A stretch of 64,000 bases of DNA from a bacterium (lineage in GTDB: Bacteria; UBA8248): positions 992,001-1,056,000 of the forward strand of contig OZ253442.1 of NCBI GenBank assembly GCA_965261085.1, in the 5' to 3' direction. Both the position numbers and the translations under genes were made by a program. The notes under the pieces are model-generated. The model was not told the DNA's origin. It saw only the letters and a list, made by a program, of their open reading frames with translations, and did not search any database. Below, piece by piece: positions 1 through 9,335 of the stretch (the stretch's first letter is position 1; every line of letters begins with the position of its first letter).

Positions 1-129
1 CTGACGGCAGACGATGGGCCGGATACCGATGGCGGCGGCCGCTTCGATCAGGACGGTGGTGGGGTAGCAGTTCAGGTGGTTCACCCCTTCGCGCTTCAGG
101 ATTTCAGCAATAACGTCGACGACGCGCAT
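1..129 (-). CDS. Thiamine pyrophosphate-dependent enzyme (acetolactate synthase-like), N-terminus only, runs off the window
   Basis: Manual translation MRVVDVIAEILKREGVNHLNCYPTTVLIEAAAAIGIRPIVCRQ resembles the start of TPP_enzyme_N. Confidence 0.7.
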   Translation of the reverse strand, partial: MRVVDVIAEILKREGVNHLNCYPTTVLIEAAAAIGIRPIVCRQ

Positions 130-326
130 GAGTGCTCTCCTATCGGTTCGGTGAATGTGTTTCGTCCGGTGGCATGAGTTTCTCACAAGTTTCGGAATAA
201 GGAAATTTGCGCGCGCAGGAGCGCGCGTTTCGGCGGTTTTGGGTACAATGGCCGTCTTCGAACCGGCGATGATTTCACGGAGCGATAGCGCCGCTCTTGT
301 ATCTTTTCAGAAAAGGAAGCCCGGCC

Positions 327-1094
327 ATGGCGAACCGAGAAGCAACCACCTACGAAGTGAAAAACCACGTCGCGTATCTCACCCTGAACCGGCCAGAGAA
401 GAAAAACGCCATCAACTACGCCATGCGGAAAGAAGTGCAGGACGCGTACGTGGACATCAAGCACAACCCGGACATCTGGGTGGCCATCATCACGGCGGCG
501 GGCGACGTTTTCTGCTCGGGCAAGGACATCGTGGAGAAAATGCCCGAAAACGACGGGCAGGTGATGTCGAACGATGAGCTCTATCTCTATTTGCGCTATC
601 TCTACAAGCCGATTATCTGCGCCATCAACGGGCCCTGCCTGGCCCAGGGGGCGGGCTTTGCGCTGAACTCCGACATCCTGATTTTTTCAGAGCGCGGGTC
701 CATGGGCTGGCCGCAGGTGCTCCGGGGAATCTCCTCGGTGAGCGGCCCCGCCATGTGCGCGCATGCGATTCCCTGGACAAAGGCGATGAGCTACCTGATG
801 CGCGGCAAGTTCATCCCCGCCGATGAGTGCCTTCGCCTGGGCGTAGCCACCGAGGTGGTGCCGCACGAGGAGCTTCTCGCTACGGCTGTGCGCTACGCGC
901 AGGAAATTCTCGAAGCCGCGCCCATGGCTGTTTGCGCCATCAAGGAGGCGGCGCGCCGGGGCGAAGACCTGGCCTATCAGGACAGGGTCTACATGTCGCG
1001 CGACGTGGCGGACCGCATCCTGCACACGGAGGATTCGAAAGAGGGGATCCTCGCATTCCGCGAAAAGAGAAAACCCGAGTGGCGGGGTAGATAG
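327..1094 (+). CDS. Enoyl-CoA hydratase/isomerase family protein
   Basis: LTLNRPEKKNAIN, FCSGKD, KPIICAING and EGILAFREKRKPEW crotonase motifs; ATG at 327. Confidence 0.9.
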   Translation: MANREATTYEVKNHVAYLTLNRPEKKNAINYAMRKEVQDAYVDIKHNPDIWVAIITAAGDVFCSGKDIVEKMPENDGQVMSNDELYLYLRYLYKPIICAINGPCLAQGAGFALNSDILIFSERGSMGWPQVLRGISSVSGPAMCAHAIPWTKAMSYLMRGKFIPADECLRLGVATEVVPHEELLATAVRYAQEILEAAPMAVCAIKEAARRGEDLAYQDRVYMSRDVADRILHTEDSKEGILAFREKRKPEWRGR

Positions 1095-1155
1095 GCCCTG
1101 ATTATCGTATTTTCCCGGGAAGAGACAAGAACGAATGAAATGGAGATGAAAGCGA

Positions 1156-2163
1156 ATGAGCGATAAACCCGTGGTCTGGGTGGGAACCCCCTTCATACTG
1201 AATTTCGATGATCCGATGGAGATTTTTCAGCCCCTGGTGGATGAGGGTCTGGTGGTTCGCCTCGATGAGTGCCGGGGCTACATGCCCGAGGAAGACGTCA
1301 TCGCCTGCCTGCCCGACGTCACGGCCGTTATCGCAGGGGCGGAGCCGTATACGAGCGACGTGATGGAGGGCGCGCCTCGGTTAAGGATTATCGCGCGCGC
1401 GGGCGTGGGCGTGAACAACGTCGACATACCGGCGGCCACCGAGCGGGGCATACTCGTCGCGAACGCGGCGGGGCAGAATTCCCAGTCCGTGGCCGAGCAT
1501 CTCTTCGGCCTGATGCTCTGCGCGTGCAGGCGCATCGGCTGGCTGGACGTGAACATCAGAAAGGGCCTCTGGCGGGAGATTCAACCACCCGTACGTCCTT
1601 TGAACGGCATGACGCTGGGGATACTGGGGTTCGGGAACATCGGCAAGCAGGTGGCGAAAAGGGCCGTCGCCTTCGACATGAAGGTGATCGCCTACGACAT
1701 CGTGCAAGACGAGGAAACGGCGAATGAATTGGGCGTGCGCTTCGTGAGCTTAGAAGAACTGGCGAGAGAATCTGACTATCTGACCTGCCACGTGCCCTTA
1801 ACACCCGAGACGACGCACATCATCAACCGCGAAGTGTTGAGCCTCATGAAGCCCGACGCCTACGTCTTCAACACCTCGCGCGGGCCCGTATTCGATATCG
1901 ACGCGGTGGCGGACGCCCTGCAAGAGGGCGTCATCCGGGGCGCAGGCATCGACGTGTTCCCCGAGGAGCCGCCCGATTATTCGCATCCCATCTTCGGGCT
2001 GGAGAACGCCGTGCTCACCCCCCACCTCGGCGGCCGGGGCGAGGATGCGATTCGCAACACCTTGCGCCACGCGACCAAGTGCGTTCTCGCGTACTTTAAG
2101 GGCGAGAGGCCGTCCACGCTCGTGAACCCCGAAGCCTACGGGGTACGGGAGCGGGGGAGGTGA
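1156..2163 (+). CDS. D-isomer 2-hydroxyacid / phosphoglycerate dehydrogenase family
   Basis: RAGVG, GILGFGNIG, NTSRG, DVFPEEP and TPHLGG motifs. Confidence 0.9.
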   Translation: MSDKPVVWVGTPFILNFDDPMEIFQPLVDEGLVVRLDECRGYMPEEDVIACLPDVTAVIAGAEPYTSDVMEGAPRLRIIARAGVGVNNVDIPAATERGILVANAAGQNSQSVAEHLFGLMLCACRRIGWLDVNIRKGLWREIQPPVRPLNGMTLGILGFGNIGKQVAKRAVAFDMKVIAYDIVQDEETANELGVRFVSLEELARESDYLTCHVPLTPETTHIINREVLSLMKPDAYVFNTSRGPVFDIDAVADALQEGVIRGAGIDVFPEEPPDYSHPIFGLENAVLTPHLGGRGEDAIRNTLRHATKCVLAYFKGERPSTLVNPEAYGVRERGR

Positions 2164-2298
2164 ATCACAGCCTATGAAACCCCAGCGAGTTCCTGTGTAG
2201 GTCGTTCCCGACCGAAGAGAGAGGGAACGCATATGGAGTTGTTGAAAAAGCCCCCCTGGCCCCCCTTGTCAGGGGGGTAAAGGCCATGCGCCCGAAGA

Positions 2299-2839
2299 GG
2301 GGTTGTTGAATAACCCTGTTTCGGGAGCGAGCGCACTTGACGCTCCCTCATCGGTCGCGTCAAACCCTCGTCTTTCATGGCCACCGTATCGACCTCACCC
2401 TGAGTAGCCGCCGAAGGCGGCGTATCGAGGGGCGCTCCCCTTCGACGCGCTCCCGATGCGCCCCGGCTCTCCCTCGATACGGCGCGCGAGCGCGCCTACT
2501 CGGGATGAGGGAGGAGTGTCGTCGCGGGTCAAACGCGAGTGATGAGGGGCTGTTGAAAAAGACCCCTTTTTAGAGAGTAGAGGGGACACCCCTTTCGACT
2601 GGTAAAAGCAACCCCCTGTCCCCCCTTCTCAGGGGGGCTTTTCTTCCACCCCCTCGTCGGGGGGCATCGCCTTTACCCCCCTGACAAGGGGGGACAGGGG
2701 GGTTGCTCCCTTGACAAAGGGGTCTTTTTCAACAACCCCGATGAACGAGCGTTTGCAGACCGACGAGGGAGGTATTACGTGCCAGGGCGGCGAATGCGCC
2801 GCAGGCATTTTTCCCTTGAGGGGGTTTTTCAACAACCCC
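2299..2839. mobile_element. Middle nested MITE
   Basis: TIRs GGGGTTGTTGAATAACCC / GGGTTTTTCAACAACCCC; 5-bp TSD GAAGA at 2294-2298 and 2840-2844. Confidence 0.85.
2546..2739. mobile_element. Inner nested MITE (194 bp)
   Basis: TIRs GGGGCTGTTGAAAAAGACCCC / GGGGTCTTTTTCAACAACCCC; 5-bp TSD GATGA at 2541-2545 and 2740-2744. Confidence 0.9.
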
Positions 2840-3158
2840 GAAGAGGGAGAGTTTGCGAAAGCCTAGGAACGAGGAACATATCGGTTCGCAATTCCGCGCT
2901 CCTCGCTCGGAAGAATTCCTCCTTCTTCAGTCGGAATTCACCCCCCACCGGTTCGCTTGCGGTCTTACGCCCTTAGCTCACCGACGGACTTTCCCCTCGG
3001 AAAGCCCGACCCTCAAGGGGGGAGTCATTTCTTTGGGGGCTTTTTCAACAGCCCCATATATGCGTCCCGCGCCCAAGGGGGGAGCGGCGTATACCGCGCT
3101 GATTCGGGATGATTGCGCGCAGGCGAAAACCCCGGAGAAGGGTGAATATGTATGCCCG

Positions 3159-3617
3159 CTATAAAGTTCCGTTGATGGCGTAGTTGAGAATCCGCACGAC
3201 CTGTTCGGGCTCTTCGGCCACGACCATGGCGGCGGCGTCGACTTCCTTTAACGCATGGGTGTGGCCCGGGTCGTGCAAGGTGATGACGGCTTTACCCAGA
3301 GCCGCCGCGTAGCCCGCGTCGAACGCGGCGTTCCACTGCCTGTATTTCTCGCCGAAGCGAACGACCACGACGTCGGCCTTCTCGATCAGCGTGCGCGTTC
3401 TGATGGCGTTCACGCCCGCGCCCTTGTGGTCTTTCCAGAACGGTTTTTCCTCATCGCCGAGGATGGACACGCCGCAGTCGTCACTCGCGCCGTGGTCCGT
3501 GACGGGGGCGAGAAAGGTGATCGGCAGCCCCGCTTTTTCCGCGCCCTCGGTGATTCGCTCGCGCCAGTCGGTGTGCACTTCTCCTGAAAGATAGACCGTC
3601 CAACTCGTCTGAGACAT
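3159..3617 (-). CDS. ytoQ: YtoQ family protein (nucleoside deoxyribosyltransferase-like fold)
   Basis: WTVYLSGEVHTDWR and FGEKYRQWNAAFDAGYAAALGK signatures. Confidence 0.85.
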   Translation of the reverse strand: MSQTSWTVYLSGEVHTDWRERITEGAEKAGLPITFLAPVTDHGASDDCGVSILGDEEKPFWKDHKGAGVNAIRTRTLIEKADVVVVRFGEKYRQWNAAFDAGYAAALGKAVITLHDPGHTHALKEVDAAAMVVAEEPEQVVRILNYAINGTL

Positions 3618-3685
3618 GAAACGCGCTCCTTATCCCTGGAAACAGATTGTGTGAAAAGTGAAAGTTTCGCAAGTGACGCGACGTG

Positions 3686-3716
3686 AAAAACCCCGGCCCT
3701 CTCGGACCGGGGTTTC
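3686..3716 (-). terminator. Rho-independent terminator between the small ORF and ytoQ
   Basis: Minus strand AAACCCCGGTCC-GAGA-GGGCCGGGGTTTTT hairpin with U-tract. Confidence 0.8.
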
Positions 3717-3788
3717 ACATCTTTCGGTGACTGGTGGGGATTCACCTGGGCGAAGAAGAACCCAAGAATCTCCTCAGGGCTCTCTCCC

Positions 3789-3827
3789 CTAGGTTCCGGT
3801 CACCTCGTCCCTACAGTGTATTTTCAT
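3789..3827 (-). CDS. Candidate 12-aa peptide MKIHCRDEVTGT
   Basis: Preceded by perfect SD AGAAAGGAGGTGAT (3835-3848) and a sigma70-like promoter; followed by hairpins and a terminator. Confidence 0.5.
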   Translation of the reverse strand: MKIHCRDEVTGT

Positions 3828-3860
3828 ATTAGGAATCACCTCCTTTCTGACGTACTTGGG

Positions 3861-3889
3861 ATCATCGAAAAAGTGAGAGGAAAAGTCAA
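3861..3889 (-). promoter_or_regulatory. Sigma70-like promoter
   Basis: TTGACT (3889-3884), 17-bp spacer, GATGAT (3866-3861). Confidence 0.55.
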
Positions 3890-3988
3890 GGCGAAAAATG
3901 AATGACGGACTGACAGTTCAGCATTGTCCGTGATATACAAATCTCCGCATGGCCGATTCACGCATTCACGCGACGGCCCCACTCCCGC

Positions 3989-4081
3989 GGAGAGGTGTCC
4001 GAGAGGCCGAAGGAGTACGACTGGAAATCGTATGGGCGCCCAAAAGGCGCCTCGAGGGTTCGAATCCCTCCCTCTCCGCCA
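3989..4081 (+). tRNA. tRNA-Ser(GGA)
   Basis: Acceptor GGAGAGG/CCTCTCC, anticodon arm TACGA-CTGGAAA-TCGTA, long variable arm, TTCGAAT T-loop, G discriminator, encoded CCA. Confidence 0.97.
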
Positions 4082-4306
4082 ATTAGATACATCTAGCCAT
4101 CTTCATCGGCCATGAAATCATTCTATCCTGTTGATATTATGATGAGTATTTATTTTTTCGATCTTGTCCGGAACACGCCTCCCGCAGTCTGTAATCAAAA
4201 CGCAAGCGGATTCATTGTCACTCCCGCGCATCCCGGCGGGCTCCTGAGGATATGCGGGGAACCGGGGCGGCTCGCTCCATATTCTCCGGGATGGCGCCGC
4301 CTCAGA

Positions 4307-5353
4307 TTATTTCCCTGAAAGACAGGTCTTGAGAGATTTCGCCATCGCGCGCATGAGGGTGAAATACGCATCCTCCCCGGCGGGAACCTTTGCTCCCAGT
4401 GGATCCAGCACGCCTATCCTCGCGGCCGTGCCCCTGATGACGGTCTGCACCAGCTTGGGTTGAAACTGCGGCTCGGTGAACACGCAAATCGACTTCAGGC
4501 CCCTGATCTTCTTGCGAATCTCGACCAGTCGCGCCGTACCCGGCTTTTTCTCGGGAGACACGGCAATCGAGCCGATGGCGTTCAGCCCGTAGCGTTTTTC
4601 GAGATACTGATACGCATCGTGAAAGACGATGTAGGGCGCGTTTCTCACGGGGTCGAGAATCCGGTCCAGTTCCGTGTGTAAATCATAGAGCCCGGCCTTG
4701 AGATTTTTCGCGTTCGCCTCGTATTTTTTTCCGTTCCCGGGGTCCACCTCTTCGAGTTCATGGACGATGGCGGATACCCACTTACGGGCGCTCAAGGGGT
4801 CGATCCAGATGTGCGAATCAAAATGTTCATGAGTCACCGGGCCGTGTTTATCCTCTTTGCGCTTCTCCTCGTCATGATGTTTCTCGTCCTTGTTTTTGTC
4901 CATATGATGATCGCCCATGGCCTCTTTGCGCGCCTCTTCACGGTTTTCATCGCCGTGATGGCGAATTTCATGGCCTTCCCACAAGCCGCCCTCTCTGAGC
5001 TTCAGCTTCCTTACGCCCAATCCCTTCACTTCCGCCAGGGCGATGACTTCCGCCTTTTTCGGAAGAACTTCGAGGGGCCGTTCCAGCCCGGGTGAGAGAA
5101 TATCGCCCACCCAGAAAATCACGCGCGCCCGCTCGAGCTCTCTGGCGTCCGATGGTTTGAGCGAAAACGTATGCGGCGAGGCGGCGCCTTTCATCAAAAG
5201 ATATGGTTCACCGACCCCTTTCATGACGCCTGCGACCAGCGAATGGAGCGGTTTGATGGAGACCACCACGCGGGGCGCCGCAGAGGCGGAGAGCGCGGGT
5301 TGCACGCAGAGGACGATTGCGAGGGCCATGCCGACGAGTCCGTATCTCATCAC
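4307..5353 (-). CDS. znuA: Zinc ABC transporter substrate-binding protein
   Basis: VVSIKPLHSLV, ASPH, His-rich loop, SHIWIDP, FHDAYQY, signal peptide. Confidence 0.93.
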   Translation of the reverse strand: MMRYGLVGMALAIVLCVQPALSASAAPRVVVSIKPLHSLVAGVMKGVGEPYLLMKGAASPHTFSLKPSDARELERARVIFWVGDILSPGLERPLEVLPKKAEVIALAEVKGLGVRKLKLREGGLWEGHEIRHHGDENREEARKEAMGDHHMDKNKDEKHHDEEKRKEDKHGPVTHEHFDSHIWIDPLSARKWVSAIVHELEEVDPGNGKKYEANAKNLKAGLYDLHTELDRILDPVRNAPYIVFHDAYQYLEKRYGLNAIGSIAVSPEKKPGTARLVEIRKKIRGLKSICVFTEPQFQPKLVQTVIRGTAARIGVLDPLGAKVPAGEDAYFTLMRAMAKSLKTCLSGK

Positions 5354-5388
5354 TGTTTCCTTTCGGAGTAGGGGTTGAATGGAAAAAA

Positions 5389-5411
5389 GTTATGTTATAC
5401 TATAACGTTAC
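5389..5411. promoter_or_regulatory. Zur box
   Basis: 23-bp imperfect palindrome GTTATGTTATACTATAACGTTAC between divergent znuA and zur-znuCB, matching the TGTTATAnTATAACA-type consensus. Confidence 0.85.
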
Positions 5412-5435
5412 AATTTTGTTCGTCAAGGAAATTTT

Positions 5436-5921
5436 ATGACCATTAAAAAAGAACAATTCCCCGAGCATGGTCACGACCATGCGGCCTGCATCGAGGATGC
5501 CTTGAGTCAGGCGGAAGCGCTTTGCCGGACCCGAGGTGTGCGGCTCACGCCGCTCAGGCGACGGGTGCTGGCGATCGTCTGGGAGAGCCACGCGCCCCTG
5601 GGCGCCTACGACGTGCTCGAGCGCATGAACGCCGCCGGTGAGCGAAACGCCCCGCCCACGGCCTACCGGGCGCTGGATTTTCTCTTGGAACACGGCCTCA
5701 TACACCGCATCGAGAGCCTGAACGCATTCGTGGGCTGCGCCATGCCGGGGGACGCCCACAAGGCCCAGTTCTTCATCTGCCGTGATTGCGGAACCGTGGC
5801 CGAGACGCACAGCGAAGAGATCGGCGAGGCGATCGAGGCGAGCGCCACCCAGGCCGGTTTTCAGGTCGACACGCCCGTCGTGGAGATCAGCGGGCAGTGC
5901 CCGGAGTGTTTCGATGATTAG
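5436..5921 (+). CDS. zur: Zinc uptake regulator, Fur family
   Basis: RLTPLRRRVL, PPTAYRALDFL, CxxC motifs; located in the znu locus. Confidence 0.92.
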   Translation: MTIKKEQFPEHGHDHAACIEDALSQAEALCRTRGVRLTPLRRRVLAIVWESHAPLGAYDVLERMNAAGERNAPPTAYRALDFLLEHGLIHRIESLNAFVGCAMPGDAHKAQFFICRDCGTVAETHSEEIGEAIEASATQAGFQVDTPVVEISGQCPECFDD

Positions 5922-6702
5922 CGGGCGACCACCTCTCATCTCCGCGAAAAACATCCACCTGAGCTTCGGCGCGGGGCCGGTTCTCGAGAGGATAGACGCC
6001 GAAATATCGGGGGGTGAAATCCTCACCCTCGTCGGCCCCAACGGCGCGGGCAAAACCACCCTCGTCCGCGTGCTGCTCGGACTTCTCAGGCCCGACTCGG
6101 GCGAGGTTCGCCGAAAAGAGGGTCTCTCGGTCGGCTACCTGCCCCAGGTTTTCGAGGTGGACCCCTCGCTTCCCCTCACCGTGCGCAGGCTGCTCAGCCT
6201 CACGCAAAAACCATCGTGCGAGCAGATGGAGGAGCATCTCGAAGAGGTGGGCGCGAGAAACCTACTGGATCATCCCGTCCAGAACCTCTCCGGCGGAGAG
6301 CGCCAGCGCGTCCTGCTCGCCCGCGCCCTGTTGCGCAACCCCGAACTGCTCGTTCTCGACGAGCCCATCCAGAACGTGGACATCAACGGACAAACCGAAC
6401 TCTACCGCCTGATCTCGAAGATCAGGAACGACAGAGGCTGCGGCGTCATCATGATCTCGCACGACCTCCACCTCGTCATGGCGTTCACCGACCGCGTAGT
6501 GTGCCTCAACAAGCACATCTGCTGCTCGGGACATCCACAAGCCGTGAGCAATCACCCCGAATACCTGGCCCTGTTCGGAAAGCAGGCGGCGGAGACCCTG
6601 GCCGTTTACACGCATCGGCACGACCATGTTCACGGACCAGAAGGGGAGATACTCCCTATAGAGCCGGAAGAAGCCCATCACCATCCTCACGGAGACGCCT
6701 GA
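5914..6702 (+). CDS. znuC: Zinc ABC transporter ATP-binding protein
   Basis: GPNGAGKT, LSGGE, LVLDEP, ICCSGHP, His-rich tail. Confidence 0.93.
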   Translation: MISGRPPLISAKNIHLSFGAGPVLERIDAEISGGEILTLVGPNGAGKTTLVRVLLGLLRPDSGEVRRKEGLSVGYLPQVFEVDPSLPLTVRRLLSLTQKPSCEQMEEHLEEVGARNLLDHPVQNLSGGERQRVLLARALLRNPELLVLDEPIQNVDINGQTELYRLISKIRNDRGCGVIMISHDLHLVMAFTDRVVCLNKHICCSGHPQAVSNHPEYLALFGKQAAETLAVYTHRHDHVHGPEGEILPIEPEEAHHHPHGDA

Positions 6703-7496
6703 TGGAGGATTTCATGCTCAGAGGACTCCTGGGCGGGGTGGGCGTCGCCATAGTCACGGGCCCCGTCGGGTGTTTCATCGTCTGGCGCAAGATGGCCTAT
6801 TTCGGGGATTCCATGTCCCACACCGCTCTGCTCGGAGTGGCGATCGGGTTCGCCTTCGGAATCGACTTGCGGCTCGGCACACTGGCCGCCTGCATCGGCC
6901 TCGCGCTGGTCCTTCTCCTGCTCCAGAACCAAAGGAAACTGCCCACGGACACGCTGCTGGGCGTTTTGTCGCACACGGCGCTTTCCGTCGGCATCATCGC
7001 CGTCAGCCTGATGGAAACGCTCCGGGTGGACCTGATGGGCTATCTGTTCGGAGACATCCTCGCGGTCGGCCCGGTGGATTTGTGGTGGATCTACACCGGC
7101 GGCGCGGCTGCCTTGTGCGCGCTCGCGTGGATATGGCGCGGTCTTCTCGCCATCACGGTGAACGAAGAGCTTGCGCGCGCCGAGGGGGTCCCGACCTTCG
7201 CCGTGAAACTCACCTTCATGCTCCTGATCGCCTTCGTCATCGCCATCGCCATGAAGCTGATCGGGATTCTGCTGATCACCTCGATGCTCATCATACCGGC
7301 GGCGGCGGCCCGGCGATTCTCCAAAACGCCCGAGCAGATGGCGGTGTTCGCGATCCTCGCGGGCGTCATCGCCGTGGTGGGGGGGCTATGGGCCTCTCTT
7401 CAGTGGAACGCCCCCGCGGGGCCTTCCATCGTCGTGGCGGCCGCTCTGTTGTTCCTGGTCAGCGCTTTCTGGGAAATACTGGCGGGCAAAGGGTGA
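6702..7496 (+). CDS. znuB: Zinc ABC transporter permease
   Basis: WRKMAYFGDSMSH, VDLMGYLFGDIL; start overlaps the znuC stop. Confidence 0.93.
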   Translation: MEDFMLRGLLGGVGVAIVTGPVGCFIVWRKMAYFGDSMSHTALLGVAIGFAFGIDLRLGTLAACIGLALVLLLLQNQRKLPTDTLLGVLSHTALSVGIIAVSLMETLRVDLMGYLFGDILAVGPVDLWWIYTGGAAALCALAWIWRGLLAITVNEELARAEGVPTFAVKLTFMLLIAFVIAIAMKLIGILLITSMLIIPAAAARRFSKTPEQMAVFAILAGVIAVVGGLWASLQWNAPAGPSIVVAAALLFLVSAFWEILAGKG

Positions 7497-7766
7497 TCCG
7501 CGCGGCATCCTCCGGCTCGACGGCGCCCAAGCGGCATCTACCGATCTCGTTTTCCTTCCCGCCGCAGGCCGCCATATGGGCCGGCGACCCATCAACCTGG
7601 AGGAGCCGCCCCCGGCCGCACCGATAGTCTGGAGCGCGCCATGGGAATTTCAACTCGGCGCGAAGTTGGAGGTGCAAGGGAGCGGTTCGTCGAGGCGGTA
7701 GTTTGGGTGACCGCCAGCCATGCTTTCGAGGGTTCTGTAGGCGATGGCGGGACGGGCGTGCTCGGC

Positions 7767-8090
7767 TCAGCGCCTGCCACGGACGGCCAATCGCTTGGAT
7801 GTGACCCGCATCGCCCTGCGGGGCAGCCGGCCGTCGATAAACAACAGCCCCAAGCCAATTGTCGCCGCACCGGCCAGTTCGCGCACGAATATGGGTTCGG
7901 CGAGGAACAGGTTCCCGAGCAGAAGCGCCGTCACGGGCATCAGCAGCGTGACCAGCATCACGTTGCCGGCTCCGGCGCGCGTGAGGATCTCGAAGAACAC
8001 GACATACGCGATGGCCGTTCCGAACAAGGCGAGACCGCAAAGCGCCATCCAGACCTCGGTGCCGGGCATCGGCAGGTCCCCCATCTCGGT
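7767..8090 (-). pseudogene. C-terminal fragment of an EamA/DMT transporter (5' boundary approximate)
   Basis: GTAIAYVVFFEILTRAGAGNVMLVTLLMPVTALLLG; 5' part missing. Confidence 0.65.
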
Positions 8091-8124
8091 TGCACGCTCA
8101 AGGCCGTTGTCTGCCATGTCACCT

Positions 8125-8595
8125 TTACTGCTTATAGATGCCGCAACCGAAAATGTAGCCATTGTGGAGTACGACCCATGAGGATTTTGGAACGACTTTG
8201 CCAGTGAGTGGATCTTCCCATCTGTAATCCACCCATGCGCCATTTGTCGTGGCCTTGGCGAGAACGGCTTGTCCGACGTTGAGACCGTTGGGATCAATAA
8301 TGGCGACGGCGTTGGTTCCTATGAGCGAGCGGTCATGAGCGTGGGCAACGATGCGTAGTACGTTTCTATCCGCCTTATCCACGACGAACATGTATAGGTC
8401 ACCCTTTTTGAAATCGGCTCCAGGTCGGTTGTTGAAGCGATCAAATGCTGCCTTCATACCTACTTTATCGAACAGGGCGATGGCTTTTGCCACCATGGCC
8501 TGGGCCTCGGCGGGTGTGCCTCGATTTTGTTTGTCGGCGATGGCTGGTGCAGCGAGAAGCATCAGGGAAACGATGAGCGTGATTGTTTTTAACAT
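8125..8595 (-). CDS. Secreted single Cache-domain protein
   Basis: Signal peptide, RGTPAEAQAMV, DLYMFV, GAWVDYRWEDP, GCGIYK. Confidence 0.8.
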   Translation of the reverse strand: MLKTITLIVSLMLLAAPAIADKQNRGTPAEAQAMVAKAIALFDKVGMKAAFDRFNNRPGADFKKGDLYMFVVDKADRNVLRIVAHAHDRSLIGTNAVAIIDPNGLNVGQAVLAKATTNGAWVDYRWEDPLTGKVVPKSSWVVLHNGYIFGCGIYKQ

Positions 8596-8749
8596 GGCTC
8601 GGTTACTCCTTTCGCATCAGGTGGCATGGGAGACCCAGCTTGGGATATTCACCTTGATCGAGATGGGTGGATATCCCAAGTAAGCATCCCAATTCAGCGG
8701 GCGATAGAAATTGACCAGAAATATCATGTTCACAACCCCAGAGCCCGGT

Positions 8750-8851
8750 TCATTGTAAGTGTGACGGTGTAGTCTGAATCATTCCCCGCAGATTGTATCG
8801 GTAGCAGAACTCATCCACATATTTTTGCAGGTGATTACGGCTCACGCCATG
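8750..8851 (-). pseudogene. IS1595-family transposase C-terminal remnant
   Basis: HGVSRNHLQKYVDEFCYRYN signature. Confidence 0.7.
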
Positions 8852-8927
8852 CTCGGCTTCTCCACCGCCGCGCGGAAGCTCGCCCCGCGCATCGGGCGGT
8901 TGCCCGCTGGCCGATGACGGCGAGGCG

Positions 8928-9335
8928 CTATTCGTCGAAGTGGTAGTCGACCTGGTCGAAGCGGTCTCGCGCGAACGAGAACACCAGGAAGAGAGGTTCC
9001 GCGCCGGTGCAGCGCAACGTGTGCTTGGCATTGGGCGGAATATAGGCGGCGTATCCGGGCCCGACGTCGGCCGCACGGCCATCGATTTCCATGCGCCCGC
9101 GCCCCTGCACGATGTAATAGGTCTCTTCCGGCCCGTGGTGATGCAGCAAGAGCCGCTCGCCCGGCGGGATCTCCGCGATGCCGATGACGAGCCCGGCGCT
9201 CTCCGTGCGTTCGCCCGCGGTCAAGAGTTTCCAGCGGATGGCGCTGCGTGCGGCGACATCGGTATCCTCCCACCCTTCCCAAGGCAAATCCGCCTGATCG
9301 ATGATGACGGGTCGCGTCCGTGTTTTCACTATCAT
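8928..9335 (-). CDS. Cupin domain protein
   Basis: LHHHGPEETYYIVQG and YIPPNAKH cupin motifs. Confidence 0.85.
   Translation of the reverse strand: MIVKTRTRPVIIDQADLPWEGWEDTDVAARSAIRWKLLTAGERTESAGLVIGIAEIPPGERLLLHHHGPEETYYIVQGRGRMEIDGRAADVGPGYAAYIPPNAKHTLRCTGAEPLFLVFSFARDRFDQVDYHFDE

Larger units (their letters stand above)
2235..3055. mobile_element. Outer MITE with IS1182-like TIRs, containing two nested MITEs
   Basis: TIRs GGAGTTGTTGAAAAAGCCCC / GGGGCTTTTTCAACAGCCCC; flanked by ATAT on both sides. Confidence 0.75.

Noticed and set aside
3833-3848. 16S rRNA 3'-end fragment (ATCACCTCCTTTCT)
   Set aside because: No other rRNA sequence upstream; better explained as a minus-strand Shine-Dalgarno
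3989-4081. tRNA-Sec, given the long variable arm and nearby selenoprotein candidates
   Set aside because: Anticodon is GGA and the acceptor stem is 7 bp, so it is an ordinary tRNA-Ser
4082-4300. Genomic island integrated at tRNA-Ser
   Set aside because: No integrase and no duplicated tRNA 3' end found in the window
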